From an uncultured beta proteobacterium (GTDB lineage Bacteria > Pseudomonadota > Gammaproteobacteria > Burkholderiales > Eutrophovitaceae), in assembly GCA_963792855.1 (NCBI GenBank), contig CAWBXZ010000001.1, forward strand, positions 65,109 through 129,108: a stretch of DNA of 64,000 nt. The letters are read 5' to 3'. The first letter of the stretch is position 1; each line of letters starts with the position of its first letter. Positions 18,526 through 28,534 of this stretch are shown piece after piece. The position numbers were made by a program, and so were the translations under genes. The notes below the pieces were generated by a model. The model saw only the letters and a list, made by a program, of their open reading frames with translations. It made no database searches and was not told the origin of the DNA.

Positions 18526-19599
18526 ATGCACCAGATGAATCCCTGTCTTCGAACATTGCGTGACCTCTGTCGCGAGCGTCTTGCCGCCATGGCAATCCTG
18601 CTGCTGGCCCTCGTGGCTGTGCTGTGGACCCCGTTGCCGGTCAGTGCCGCCGGAGTCTGCAACGGAGATTTCGATGGCGTTGTGCCGACGAGGCAGAAGC
18701 TTGACGCTGTATTGGCGGTGCACCGGCAATGGACCGCATTGAAATTTTCCGAGCAGCGCTTCGACGATCCGCGCCGCGCCGATCTTTGCGGCGCCATCCT
18801 GAACAAGGCGGATCTGAATGAGGCTGACCTCAGGGGAAGCAATCTGAGCTGGAGTATCTTGCGCGATGCCCGTTTACGCCGGGCCGACCTGAGTTGGGCA
18901 GACCTGACTGGCGCAATCCTGCATCAGGCGGACTTCAGCAGGGCTGCGCTGATCAGGGCGCACCTGGGCCGTGCCATATTGACCCGCGCCATACTGAACT
19001 GGGCGAACCTGAGTGGCGCGGACTTGCGGGGCGCGCGGTTGGCTGACGCACAGCTTCGCGGCGCCGATTTGAGCCTGGCCCAGCTGGAGAACGCGGATCT
19101 GGAGCGGGCCGATCTCAGGGGTGCAGACCTGCGGCGCGCGAATTTCGAGAGGGCTAACCTGGCCGGTGTTGACCTGCGTGGCGCCGACCTCAGAGGCGTG
19201 TCTTTCAGGAACGCCAATCTGACCGGGGTCGACTTGAGAGGCGCGGAGCTGACCGAAGTCGACCTGACGGATGCCGACCTGACCGGAATTGACCTGCGTG
19301 GCGCGGATGTGCGGGACGTCGACCTTTGGGGCATTCTGCAGGGTGCGGGCGCGCCGGACAATGGCGAGGCGGGAGGGGAGCAGACGGAATCGGTGCGGAC
19401 GTTGACGAATCTTGTCGATGGTGAGCAACCCGCCAGGCAGACTGAGCAGGTGTTGCCGGAACAGGCCGTGCCCCCGCAATCGGGTGAGTCTTCGCAACCG
19501 GAGAGTGGTTCGCGAGCAGGGGCAACGCCCTCCGCAGACGAACCGGCGGAGCCCGTCGAGTATTACCAGCTTGAACCGGATCGCAGGGAAGCGAAGTAG
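18526..19599 (+). CDS. Secreted pentapeptide-repeat protein with acidic Glu/Pro/Gln-rich tail
   Basis: It has a signal peptide (AILLLALVAVLWTPLPVSAAG). That is followed by a long uninterrupted run of A(D/N)LxG-type pentapeptides (ADLRGADLRRANFERANLAGVDLRGADLRG...). Confidence 0.85.
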   Translation: MHQMNPCLRTLRDLCRERLAAMAILLLALVAVLWTPLPVSAAGVCNGDFDGVVPTRQKLDAVLAVHRQWTALKFSEQRFDDPRRADLCGAILNKADLNEADLRGSNLSWSILRDARLRRADLSWADLTGAILHQADFSRAALIRAHLGRAILTRAILNWANLSGADLRGARLADAQLRGADLSLAQLENADLERADLRGADLRRANFERANLAGVDLRGADLRGVSFRNANLTGVDLRGAELTEVDLTDADLTGIDLRGADVRDVDLWGILQGAGAPDNGEAGGEQTESVRTLTNLVDGEQPARQTEQVLPEQAVPPQSGESSQPESGSRAGATPSADEPAEPVEYYQLEPDRREAK

Positions 19600-19690
19600 T
19601 CCAACGGGTCCGGCAGCACCGTTTTTCCTGGCAAAGCAGGCGCTATCGAGGCTGTCCCGGTGTGCTCGATGGCGCGAGCCCCGTGTCCCC

Positions 19691-21428
19691 TCAGGTTTGC
19701 CGATTTGCCTTGCTGATGCGCAACTGCTGGCCGGCGACCCACACTTTTTTCAAGTCCTCGAAAGTCTCTTTCGGCATGCCTTCAGGCAATTCGACGATAC
19801 TGTGATCTTCCCGTATGTCGATATGACCGATATAACGGCTCTCGAGTTGCGCTTCATTGGCAATGGCTCCGACGATGTTGGACGCCTTGACGCCGTGCTG
19901 TTTTCCGACTTCTATGCGGTAGGGTTCCATGCCCGCGGTTTTCGAGTGTTGCCGCCCGCGTTCGCCGCGCGGTTTGTCTTTTCCCGGGCTATCCGGTTGT
20001 GTTGCCTTCTTGCGCGGGGACGGGACACTGCTCGCGGATGAGCGGTCTTCATCGCCCGTCTTTTTCCGCGCGCGCGGTGGCGTGGTATCGGTGAGAAGGG
20101 GCGCGTCACCCTGGGCGATGTAGGCCAGCGCCGCTGCGATGTCGAAAGGCGAGGTCTGGCCCATGTGCTGGTACTGTCTGACCATGCCTCTGAAAGGCTC
20201 GAGTGCGGCAGTCAGTTCGTCGTTGCCCAGGATTTCGCTGATGCGATCCCTGAGTTTCGTCAGGCGCTGTTCGTTCACCGCCTGGATACTGGGCAATTCC
20301 ATTGGTTCGATCTTCTGCCGGGTAGCGCGTTCGATCACTCCGAGCATGCGACGTTCGCGCGGCATCACGAACAGGATCGCTTCTCCGCTGCGCCCGGCGC
20401 GGCCGGTTCGACCGATGCGGTGAACGTACGATTCGGTGTCAGTGGGCACGTCGTAGTTGATGACATGGCTGATCCGGTCGACGTCAAGTCCTCGTGCGGC
20501 AACGTCGGTTGCAACGATGATGTCGAGCGTGCCGCGCTTGAGCCGGTTCACGGTGCGCTCGCGCGCTTTCTGGTCGATGTCGCCGCTCAGGGGGGCGGCC
20601 GCGAAGCCGCGCGCTTCAAGCCGGCTTGTCAGATCGGCTGTTTCCTGCCGGGTGCGGACAAAGACCAGCAACGCGTCGAAGGACTCCGCTTCGAGAATGC
20701 GGGTCAGCGCATCGAGCTTGCTCACCCCGCCGCTGGCCATCCAGTAACGCTGGCGGGTGTTTTCCACGGTGGAAGTCTTGCTGCGGATGGTAATTTCAAC
20801 CGGTGCCTTCAGATAGGTCTGGGCAATCCGGCGGATTGCAGCGGGCATGGTCGCGGAGAACAGCGCCACCTGGCGATTCGCTGGCGTGTTCTTCAGTATT
20901 TTTTCGACGTCGTCAATAAACCCCATGCGCAGCATTTCGTCAGCTTCATCGAGTACCATGCATGCCAGCGCATCGAGCTTCAGGGTGCGGCGTTCGATGT
21001 GGTCGATGACGCGGCCCGGTGTCCCGACGACGACGTGTGCACCGCGGCGCAGAGCCTGCAACTGCGGACGGTAGTCCTGGCCGCCGTAGATGGGCAGCAC
21101 GTGGAACCCTTGTCAGTTGCGCGGCGTACTTCTGGAATGCTTCCGCGACCTGGATCGCCAGTTCTCGTGTTGGCGCCAGCACCAGCACTTGCGGAGCGCG
21201 CTTGTGCAAGTCGAGGCGCGCCAGCAGTGGCAGTGCGAACGCCGCAGTTTTGCCGGTTCCTGTCTGGGCCTGACCGAGCACGTCTTTGCCCTCCAGCAAC
21301 GGCGGGATGGTTTGCGCCTGAATCGGCGAGGGCGCTTCGTAGCCGACATCATCGAGTGCCTTGAGCAAGGGCGCCGGCAGTCCCAGGTCCGCGAAACTGA
21401 TTTCGGGTGCTGCGTTGGTAGTGGACAT
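19691..21428 (-). pseudogene. deaD: DEAD-box ATP-dependent RNA helicase DeaD/CsdA, frame broken at 21107-21113
   Basis: The N-terminal fragment (in ORF 20946..21482) is [17 protein letters not shown]...[11 protein letters not shown]...[20 protein letters not shown]. The C-terminal fragment (ORF 19691..21100) is ...[10 protein letters not shown]...[13 protein letters not shown]...SAT...HRIGRTGRAG, plus a DbpA-like C-terminal domain (YRIEVGKQHGVKASNIVGAIANEA). One surplus base in coding-strand ctgaca-a-gggttc separates the two frames. Confidence 0.85.
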
Positions 21429-21598
21429 TGATATGTACGTTAGCCTGTTCGTAATGACTCGTCGGCCGCATGCTACGCGCATTGACGTGGGACGGGGGCG
21501 CTGCGAGCCAACTTTATCGGTAATTTACCGGCCTTCCGCTGTTTTTGATGTCGTTGTCGTGCCGTTGCCGCCGATACGGAAGTCACAAAGGCACCCCC

Positions 21599-22513
21599 AT
21601 GAGGGTATTGTCCGGCGAAGCCAGCCGGCAGCGGCCGGTACGCATTGAAGCAGGGGCAGGAAGATTGAACAAATCAGAACCAACGGGGAACGATGCTGCC
21701 GGGCCTCTGTTGACGTTGAAGGTCCATGATGCCTTGCGGGGGGCGGTCCGCGAGGGGGCGACATCCGTTGAGTGTTCGCTGGACCTCGGGCGCACGATAA
21801 CGACAGTCGTTGTCGATGAGACGGGATGGGTTTGGCAAGGCAAGCGCTTTGGCTGGATGCAGCGCTGCAAGCCGCGAACGGTCTATTGCCGCCAGGGGGA
21901 AAACTTCGAGCCGGTGGCGCGCTATGGCGCGTCGCTCGTCAAGCTGGTTCCGACACAATGGGGGCCGCCCACGTTCGAGATCGATGGCATCAAGATGCTG
22001 CCGAGCGCGCGTGTCTCGCCCTATGCCGATGCCGAACGCAAGGTCGGCCTGATTCAACCGCGCGGCAAAGTCATACTCGACACCTGCGGTGGTCTTGGCT
22101 ATTTCGCGGCGTGGTGCTTGCAGGGACAGGCCAAGCGGGTGCTGTCGTACGAAAAGAACCCCGATGTGCTCTGGTTACGCGCCGTGAACCCATGGTCACC
22201 GGTCGCGGGAGGGCCTTTGTCCCTGAACGCGGGCGATATTGTCGACGAGATCACCCGTCTTGCCGGAAACTCTGTCGATGCGATACTGCACGATCCGCCG
22301 CGATTCGGGATTGCGGGCGAGTTGTACTCGCAGGTGTTCTACGAGCATCTCGCGCGCGTGATCAAGCGAAGGGGAAAGTTGTTTCATTACACCGGAACAC
22401 CAAACAAACTGACCAGCGGCCGCGACGTGCCGAGGGAAGTCGCCAGGCGGTTGCGTCTTGCCGGATTCGTAACCGATTTGCGCGAAGATGGCGTATTGGC
22501 GGTAAGGAAGTGA
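21599..22513 (+). CDS. Class I SAM-dependent methyltransferase (COG2521-like, uncharacterised)
   Basis: It has the SAM motif I VILDTCGGLGYFA, the motif DAILHDPPRF, and GKLFHYTG. The start is at MRVLSGE (21599) or the track start 21545. Confidence 0.65.
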   Translation: MRVLSGEASRQRPVRIEAGAGRLNKSEPTGNDAAGPLLTLKVHDALRGAVREGATSVECSLDLGRTITTVVVDETGWVWQGKRFGWMQRCKPRTVYCRQGENFEPVARYGASLVKLVPTQWGPPTFEIDGIKMLPSARVSPYADAERKVGLIQPRGKVILDTCGGLGYFAAWCLQGQAKRVLSYEKNPDVLWLRAVNPWSPVAGGPLSLNAGDIVDEITRLAGNSVDAILHDPPRFGIAGELYSQVFYEHLARVIKRRGKLFHYTGTPNKLTSGRDVPREVARRLRLAGFVTDLREDGVLAVRK

Positions 22514-22591
22514 CCGGGATTTTCACGGCCACTGCAGCCGGTGCCGCCCGGCATGGCAAGCCTCATGTTGCGAACACGCGGGCAGGATTGG

Positions 22592-23056
22592 ATGGAGGCG
22601 CATGTGCGCATCTGGGTTGATGCCGACGCCTGCCCGGCCGTCATCAAGGACATCCTCTTTCGTGCCGCCAACCGGGTTGGCGTCCAGTTGACACTGGTGG
22701 CAAACAAGCCATTGCGCACGCCACCGTCGATGCATATCAAGGCTGTGCAGGTTTGCGCCGGATTTGACGTCGCCGATCATTACATCGTCAACGCGGTACA
22801 GTTCGGAGATCTGGTGGTAACCGCCGACATCCCGCTGGCAGCCGAAGTGGTTGCACGTGGCGGCCTCGCGTTGAATCCGCGCGGTGAGCTATATTCCAGC
22901 GAGAACGTGCGCCAGTTGCTCGACATGCGTAATTTCATGGACGAGCTTCGCGCGTCCGGGGTTCAGACCGGCGGGCCGGCGCCACTGAGCAACAGCGATC
23001 GGCAACTCTTCGCCAATCGGCTGGACCGTTTGTTGGCAAAGCGAGCCGGCAGTTGA
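22592..23056 (+). CDS. yaiI: YaiI/YqxD family protein (UPF0178, DUF188)
   Basis: [21 protein letters not shown]...VANKPL...DVADHYIV...[13 protein letters not shown] is the signature of UPF0178. An alternative GTG start lies at 22604. Confidence 0.8.
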   Translation: MEAHVRIWVDADACPAVIKDILFRAANRVGVQLTLVANKPLRTPPSMHIKAVQVCAGFDVADHYIVNAVQFGDLVVTADIPLAAEVVARGGLALNPRGELYSSENVRQLLDMRNFMDELRASGVQTGGPAPLSNSDRQLFANRLDRLLAKRAGS

Positions 23057-23158
23057 ACAGCGGCTTTCCATCGTGAGCCGAAGCACTGTCACGGTGTGTG
23101 CCGTTTGCGAACGAACTGTCGGCGACCGTAGCGCGCACGGGCAGACGGTTTGACGGAT

Positions 23159-23920
23159 ATGCACAAGCCCTGTTTCCTCGGCATCGACGGCTGCCCCGCT
23201 GGCTGGTTTTGCGTCGGGCTCGATGCCAGTGCGGGTTGGTTTGTCGAGACGATCGCGGCCGAGGCGATCGCCGGGTTCCTGTCGACGGCCGCTGTGGCAT
23301 TCATCGATATTCCCATCGGGTTGCCGGATTCGGAGGCGGCGCAACGCGCTTGTGATCAGCGAGCACGCCGTGCGTTGGGGCGCCCGCGCGGCTCCAGCGT
23401 TTTTCCGGCGCCCGCGCGTGCGAGCCTTTGCGCCCGTGATTTCAACGAAGCGTTGATGATCAACCGCCGGGAGACCGGTCGCGGCATCAGCAAACAGTCG
23501 TGGATGATCGCACCAAAAATCAGGATCGTTGACGATGCGTTGCAGAACAACATCGCGTTGCGCCGGGTATTGCACGAGAGCCACCCGGAGTTGTGTTTTT
23601 GGGCACTCAACAGCGCAACGCCGATGCGGCATAACAAGAAAACTGCCGCCGGGCGCGAAGAACGAATAGCCTTGCTAAGACGTTTTTTCCCGGCGGCCGA
23701 CGCCTTATATGCGGAGGCGGTGAAGCGCTATCGGCGAAGACAGGTGGCGGCGGATGACATTCTGGACGCGCTGGTTCTCGCGGTCAGCGCGAGCCTGGGA
23801 AAAAGCGCTTACCGGACGCTTCCCGAAAATCCTTCGCGGGATGCGACCGGCCTGATGATGCAAATCGCGTTCAGCGTGCCAGCGGCGCGGGAAATTCCGT
23901 CTAAGCGTCTGTATCGGTGA
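23159..23920 (+). CDS. DUF429-domain protein (predicted RNase H-like fold, function unknown)
   Basis: FLGIDGCPAGWFCV...FIDIPIGLP...HPELCFWAL...DDILDALVLAVSA matches my recollection of DUF429 proteins. Confidence 0.55.
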   Translation: MHKPCFLGIDGCPAGWFCVGLDASAGWFVETIAAEAIAGFLSTAAVAFIDIPIGLPDSEAAQRACDQRARRALGRPRGSSVFPAPARASLCARDFNEALMINRRETGRGISKQSWMIAPKIRIVDDALQNNIALRRVLHESHPELCFWALNSATPMRHNKKTAAGREERIALLRRFFPAADALYAEAVKRYRRRQVAADDILDALVLAVSASLGKSAYRTLPENPSRDATGLMMQIAFSVPAAREIPSKRLYR

Positions 23921-24096
23921 GATTAATCGGCGGGTGCGGCCGTCTGCGCCGAGGTCGCTGCAGCGATTCGCCGGTGTGCAAAGCGCGCTTTCTAGCGGCT
24001 GGCATACGCCAATGTGCAGGCGCCGGACTTGATCCGTCTGCGCTGGACGTGCACACTTCGTGGCTCGCCAATGAACCAACCGCAGGAACGTGCCGG

Positions 24097-24369
24097 ATGA
24101 ACACCGCTATTCTTCAATACCTTAGAGCCAACGGCGAGCAACTGGATGCCGAAATCGCCAAAGCCCTCGAAATGTCGCATGCTCAGGTGCAACGCCAGCT
24201 TGCGGAGCTCTCGGCGGCTGGTGAGGTTATCTGCTGCCACGTCACCCGGTATTCCGGCGACAAGAAGATCGAGGGCATGAGCTACCGGCTGTCGGCCCAT
24301 GTGCCGCCGCGCGCGCCTGGGCGCAAGCCGGGCGGCGCAAAGCAGAACGCCAACTCTGACGACACTTGA
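24097..24369 (+). CDS. Small winged-helix DNA-binding protein
   Basis: MNTAILQYLRANGEQLDAEIAKALEMSHAQVQRQLAELSAAGEVICCHV... has a wHTH layout with a basic tail. The upstream part of track ORF 23917..24369 looks non-coding. Confidence 0.5.
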   Translation: MNTAILQYLRANGEQLDAEIAKALEMSHAQVQRQLAELSAAGEVICCHVTRYSGDKKIEGMSYRLSAHVPPRAPGRKPGGAKQNANSDDT

Positions 24370-24490
24370 ACCGCAAACCTGTCTGGACGTCCGGCCAGCG
24401 ATGAACCGTCCGGCCGGCAGGAAATCGAGTGCCGCAGGTTGAATTCACGGCCTTTGCCCGTGGACTGCGCGCTTTCCCGGTCCGCCGGCT

Positions 24491-26029
24491 CTATTCGAAT
24501 CTTTTCCGGATCTGCCCGGACTGTGTCCGGATCGCACGTTTCTCATCCGCACCCAGGCGCTCGAGATTCTTCCACTGCAAGGCAGTGCGAGGGTGTCTGG
24601 CGAAACGTGACTTGTGGCGCTCGAGAAAATCCCAGTACAGCGTCGTGAACGGGCAGGCGTTCTCGCCAACGGCCTGATCGGGATCAAAGCGGCAGTTTTC
24701 GCAGTAGTTGCTCATGCGCTTGATGTATTTGCCCGTGGCTACGTAGGGTTTCGATGCCAGCAAACCGCCATCGGCATATTGCGACATGCCGATGGTATTG
24801 GGTGCTTCGACCCATTCGACGGCGTCGATGTATACGGCAAGGTACCACTCGTGAAGGCGCTGCGGATCGACACCCAGCAACAGTGCAAACAGTCCGGTCA
24901 CCATAAGACGCTGAATATGGTGTGCGTAACCGTAATCCAGCGTTTGCCCGATCGCGTTGCGCAAACATGCCATGTCAGTTTCGCCGGTCCAGTAGAACTG
25001 GGGCAGAGGCTGTTTTGCGCCCAACGCGTTCCGTGTGAGGTAATCGGGCATTTCACGCCAGTAGATTCCCCGTACGTACTCGCGCCAGCCGAGGATTTGC
25101 CGCACGAAACCCTCGACAGAGTTGATCGGCGCCTGTTTACGCTCGAACGCCTCGATCGCGGCCTCGATGACTTCAAGCGGGCGCAGCAACTTCAGATTGA
25201 GTGCTGCCGCAAGTCCCGAGTGGTAGAGAAACGGTTGATCCGTCCACATTGCGTCCTGGTAAGGCCCAAATGACGCCAGCCGAAACGCGACGAAATCCTG
25301 CAACGCGAGCCTGGCGTCGGCGCGGGTAACAGGCCAATCGAAGTTCGTGAGCGAACCCGGGTGTTTGGGAAACGCGTCGCCAACCTCGGCAATGACGTCC
25401 CTGGTCGTCGCATCGGGCTGGAAAGACGGCCAGGGCGGCAGCGACCCGGGTCCGTTCTTTCCGAAACGCTGGCGATTGTCCTTGTCGAAGTTCCAGTCAC
25501 CGCCGGAAGGCCTGTTTTTCTCCATGAGGATGCCGGTGTGCTTGCGCATCTCGCGATAAAAATTTTCCAGTCGCAATTGCTTGCGCGAGCCGGCCCATTC
25601 CATGAATGTGTCCGGACTACACAGAAAGTGATTGTCGGAACGAAGGTCGAGAGAGGCCGGAGACGCGTTGACAACGCCTGTTAATGACGAGTGCACGCGA
25701 AAGTCGCCGGGCTGCACCAACACAACTTGCCGGGGGCGGAGTCGTTCGATATCTGCCGCCAGTGCCCGGCTCAGAGAGTCATGCGCGTGGCGAGACAGAG
25801 CGTGATAGGTCAGCGGCAGGCCTTCTGCTTCGAGCGCCTGCCTGAAATGGCGCATGGCCGACAGAAACAGCGTGATCCGCGCCCGGTGTGACCAGACATG
25901 TTCGGACTCTTCACGTGCCTCGGCCATCCACACCCGGTCAGCTGTTGCGTCGAAACCGGCGAACGCCGCGCTGCCGCGGTCAAGCTGATCGCCGAGAACT
26001 ACGACAAGGTTGCGAACGGAGCCGGTCAT
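24491..26029 (-). CDS. Cryptochrome/photolyase-family protein, FeS-BCP / PhrB-like (6-4) photolyase type (COG3046)
   Basis: 512 aa. The N-terminus is LVVVLGDQLD. The C-terminal region carries the Cys ligand pattern (...YCENCRFDP...ACPFTTLYWDFLERH) typical of iron-sulfur bacterial cryptochrome/photolyases. Confidence 0.8.
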   Translation of the reverse strand: MTGSVRNLVVVLGDQLDRGSAAFAGFDATADRVWMAEAREESEHVWSHRARITLFLSAMRHFRQALEAEGLPLTYHALSRHAHDSLSRALAADIERLRPRQVVLVQPGDFRVHSSLTGVVNASPASLDLRSDNHFLCSPDTFMEWAGSRKQLRLENFYREMRKHTGILMEKNRPSGGDWNFDKDNRQRFGKNGPGSLPPWPSFQPDATTRDVIAEVGDAFPKHPGSLTNFDWPVTRADARLALQDFVAFRLASFGPYQDAMWTDQPFLYHSGLAAALNLKLLRPLEVIEAAIEAFERKQAPINSVEGFVRQILGWREYVRGIYWREMPDYLTRNALGAKQPLPQFYWTGETDMACLRNAIGQTLDYGYAHHIQRLMVTGLFALLLGVDPQRLHEWYLAVYIDAVEWVEAPNTIGMSQYADGGLLASKPYVATGKYIKRMSNYCENCRFDPDQAVGENACPFTTLYWDFLERHKSRFARHPRTALQWKNLERLGADEKRAIRTQSGQIRKRFE

Positions 26030-26289
26030 GCCAGTAACGAGGTAATGGAAGAAGCGTCAACGCTTGGTCCGATGTTACGGGATTGTCTTTCAGCCATAAA
26101 CGTCCGATTCCGGATGCACGGTTGCCTTTTCCCGTCGCGAGGCGCGGATGAAGCGGGTATCGCTCCGGAAGGGGTTTGCCGGGGAGTCCACCGCGCAGCG
26201 GACCGGCCGCAACCGGTGGCGGCTGCGACATTTGGGGCAAACGGTCATGCGCGTGGATAATGGCGTTCCCGATCAACCAAAAGGTGACA

Positions 26290-27198
26290 ATGGCTATTCA
26301 GTGGTTTCCCGGTCATATGGACCAGGCGCGAAAAAACGCCGCCCGCGCGATGAAAACGGTCGACGTGGTGATCGAAGTGGTCGATGCCCGTTTGCCGGAA
26401 GCGAGCAGCAATCCCTTGATTCGCGACTTGCGTGAGCAGCGCCAGCGCCCTTGCCTGAAGGTTCTGAACAAGGCGGATCTGGCCGATCCCGGCGTGACGC
26501 AACAATGGCTTGAGTTTTATAACCGGCAAGAGGGCGTGACGGCGGTCGCGTTATCGTGCAAGAAGCCGGCGGACGTGGCGCGCATTCCGAAGCTGTGCCA
26601 GAAGATTGCGCCGCACCGCAATGACAACTTCAAGCCGCTTCGCATGATGATCATGGGCATCCCCAATGTCGGCAAGTCGACGTTGATGAACGCGTTGCTC
26701 AAGCGACGCGTCGCCGCCGTCGGTGATGAGCCGGCCATTACCAAGACCGAGCAGCGCCTCGAACTCGGTCCGCGGATGTCGATTACCGACACGCCAGGGC
26801 TGATGTGGCCAAAGATTCGCTACCCGAGCGATGGCATGATGCTGGCGGCGAGCCATGCCATCGGCGTCAACGCCCTCGTTCCGGAAGAGGTGGCGATGTT
26901 TCTCGCGGACATCCTGCTCCAGCGCTATCCGGCCTCGCTGGAGGCGCGCTACCGGTTTGAGGTGGCCGGGCTGGACGCGCCCGGGGTGATCGAAGCGATT
27001 GCCGAACGCCGTGGTGCCCAGGTCAGGGGCGGCGGGCTGAATATTGAAAAAGCGTCGATTATTCTGTTGACGGATTACCGCAGCGGCAAGCTTGGCCGCA
27101 TCAGTCTGGAGACGCCGGCGACACGCGGCGAGATGATGGCGACCGGGACATTACACACGGATGAACCGGAAACCGCCCCGTTTGACGAAGCCGATTGA
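26290..27198 (+). CDS. rbgA: Ribosome biogenesis GTPase A (YlqF/RbgA), circularly permuted GTPase
   Basis: MAIQWFPGHMDQARK...VLNKADL...GIPNVGKSTLMN...DTPG shows the permuted G4-G1-G3 order. Confidence 0.85.
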   Translation: MAIQWFPGHMDQARKNAARAMKTVDVVIEVVDARLPEASSNPLIRDLREQRQRPCLKVLNKADLADPGVTQQWLEFYNRQEGVTAVALSCKKPADVARIPKLCQKIAPHRNDNFKPLRMMIMGIPNVGKSTLMNALLKRRVAAVGDEPAITKTEQRLELGPRMSITDTPGLMWPKIRYPSDGMMLAASHAIGVNALVPEEVAMFLADILLQRYPASLEARYRFEVAGLDAPGVIEAIAERRGAQVRGGGLNIEKASIILLTDYRSGKLGRISLETPATRGEMMATGTLHTDEPETAPFDEAD

Positions 27199-27221
27199 CA
27201 TCACGCGGTGCCGGTTTGCGC

Positions 27222-28344
27222 TTAGCGAGGCAGCGCCGATACCAGTGCAATCAGTTCGCTTTGGCGGCTGGTGCCGGTCTTGGCGAAGGCAGAGGCCAGT
27301 TGTGTCTTCGCGGTGTTAAGCGAGATCTGCATTTCCGTTGCCACTGTTGCGAGCGATCCGCCATGGCACAGTGCCGATACCAGCCTCGCTTCCGCAGTGC
27401 TAATGCCAAGTGCCTGCCTCAGGCGTTCCGGCTCCGGATGGGGGTTGAATTCGTCAATGCGCACCAGTACACAGGATTTGCCTGGCCACGACCGCCCCGG
27501 TGTGCCGGCCAGCGGTGCAACTGTCACGAATGCGCTGGCGCCATTCTCACCGCGAGCGATAAAACTGCGCCGTGCTTTGGCGCTTCTCCCGGCGGTCGCC
27601 AGTGCAATCTGGCTGCATTCCCCAATCGCCTGTATCACCTCGGCGTGGAGTGTGGGGTGCCACGAAGCGCAGCTTGCCGCGCGATTCTCTGACGATGCTC
27701 CCTTCGCGCAGCTTTCCTGCGAACGCGGTATTCAATGTTGTATCTGCCCGCGACCGTCGACACAACACAGCGGTTCTTCGAGATGATTGAGTACCCTTTT
27801 TGAAAGGTTTGCATCTTCGGCCAGCGACGCAATGTGGTTGGCAGTTCTGATGGCCCGGTCAACGTGCGGAACCAACCGGTCGAGCGCGTCTCGCACCACT
27901 TTGCCGGCTTTTGGCTGCTGGTTGCTTCTTGTCAGACTGAATATGGCGATACGCGAACCCTCTGACCGTAATAATCGAAAACAGGGATTCACCGGCGCCG
28001 CGCGGGTGCTGATACTCGACGTAGAAAGGATGGCTGTCGCGAAACGCCGGGTCGAACGTGTCGTGGTCCGAAAACCATTGCGCAGAGGGCAGCGTCCTGA
28101 GTTGCAGGCGCGGATCAATCGCCACGTAGCGCGCGAGGTAGAGCGCCGAGTCTGCGGCACTGACGTTCAGCAGATGCTTTCGATAAACGACGCTTTTGGA
28201 ATGGTCGGTGTCGTAGAGCGATGCATGCGTAGCACCTGTGAGCAGCGCCAGTTCCTTGATCGGTTTGGGCCAGGACGCGTCATCCAATGCCGCTTCGTGA
28301 AGCGCCTGGATAGTCCGGTCAATCTGGTCAATCAACAGCCTCAC
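27222..28344 (-). pseudogene. LuxR-family transcriptional regulator (N-terminal sensory domain plus C-terminal HTH), three frame breaks
   Basis: Four track ORFs in three frames tile one protein. 27859..28440 gives (V)RLLIDQIDRTIQALHEAALD...YQHPRGAGESLFSII. 27732..28160 gives SEGSRIAIFSLTRS...LVPHVDRAIRTANHIASL...VDGRGQI. 27547..27768 gives LNTAFAGKLREGSIVRESRGKLRFVAP. 27222..27638 gives LHAEVIQAIGE...LGISTAEARLVSALCHGGSLATVATEMQISLNTAKTQLASAFAKTG, the LuxR HTH. The likely GTG start at 28344 is preceded by AAGGAGG. Confidence 0.75.
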
Positions 28345-28534
28345 ACCCGTTACCTCCTTGGCTGGAGCCTCTGGACGTTGCGATCCGGCGGGCTGGCGCT
28401 GCGCCTTTGCCTCACCCGTTCGGGTGAAGTAACTGCGCAAATACGTATGTAACGTAACGTACGGTAACAGTCAATTGTCATGATGGCCGGCTGGAGCCAA
28501 TGATCAATTTCCTAACAATAAGGACACAAACACA
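28345..28534. promoter_or_regulatory. Divergent promoter/operator spacer, locally AT-rich, with three GTAAC direct repeats
   Basis: GTAAC occurs at 28449-28453, 28454-28458 and 28464-28468 within TACGTATGTAACGTAACGTACGGTAACAG. The small palindromes TACGTA and CGTACG are also there. The spacer lies between the LuxR-type gene and the secreted-protein gene. No promoter was mapped; this is inference from position only. Confidence 0.3.

Noticed and set aside
18780-19330. Periodic short DNA repeats that could be mistaken for a CRISPR or tandem-repeat array
   Set aside because: The periodicity is 15 nt and in frame. It encodes the pentapeptide repeats of one continuous ORF. There is no repeat-spacer structure.
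17266-21364. Other long opposite-strand ORFs (17266..18273, 18874..19497, 20165..21364)
   Set aside because: Each lies antisense to a gene with clear family motifs (YihY, the pentapeptide-repeat protein, DeaD). Each has biased Arg/Gly/Ala/His composition.
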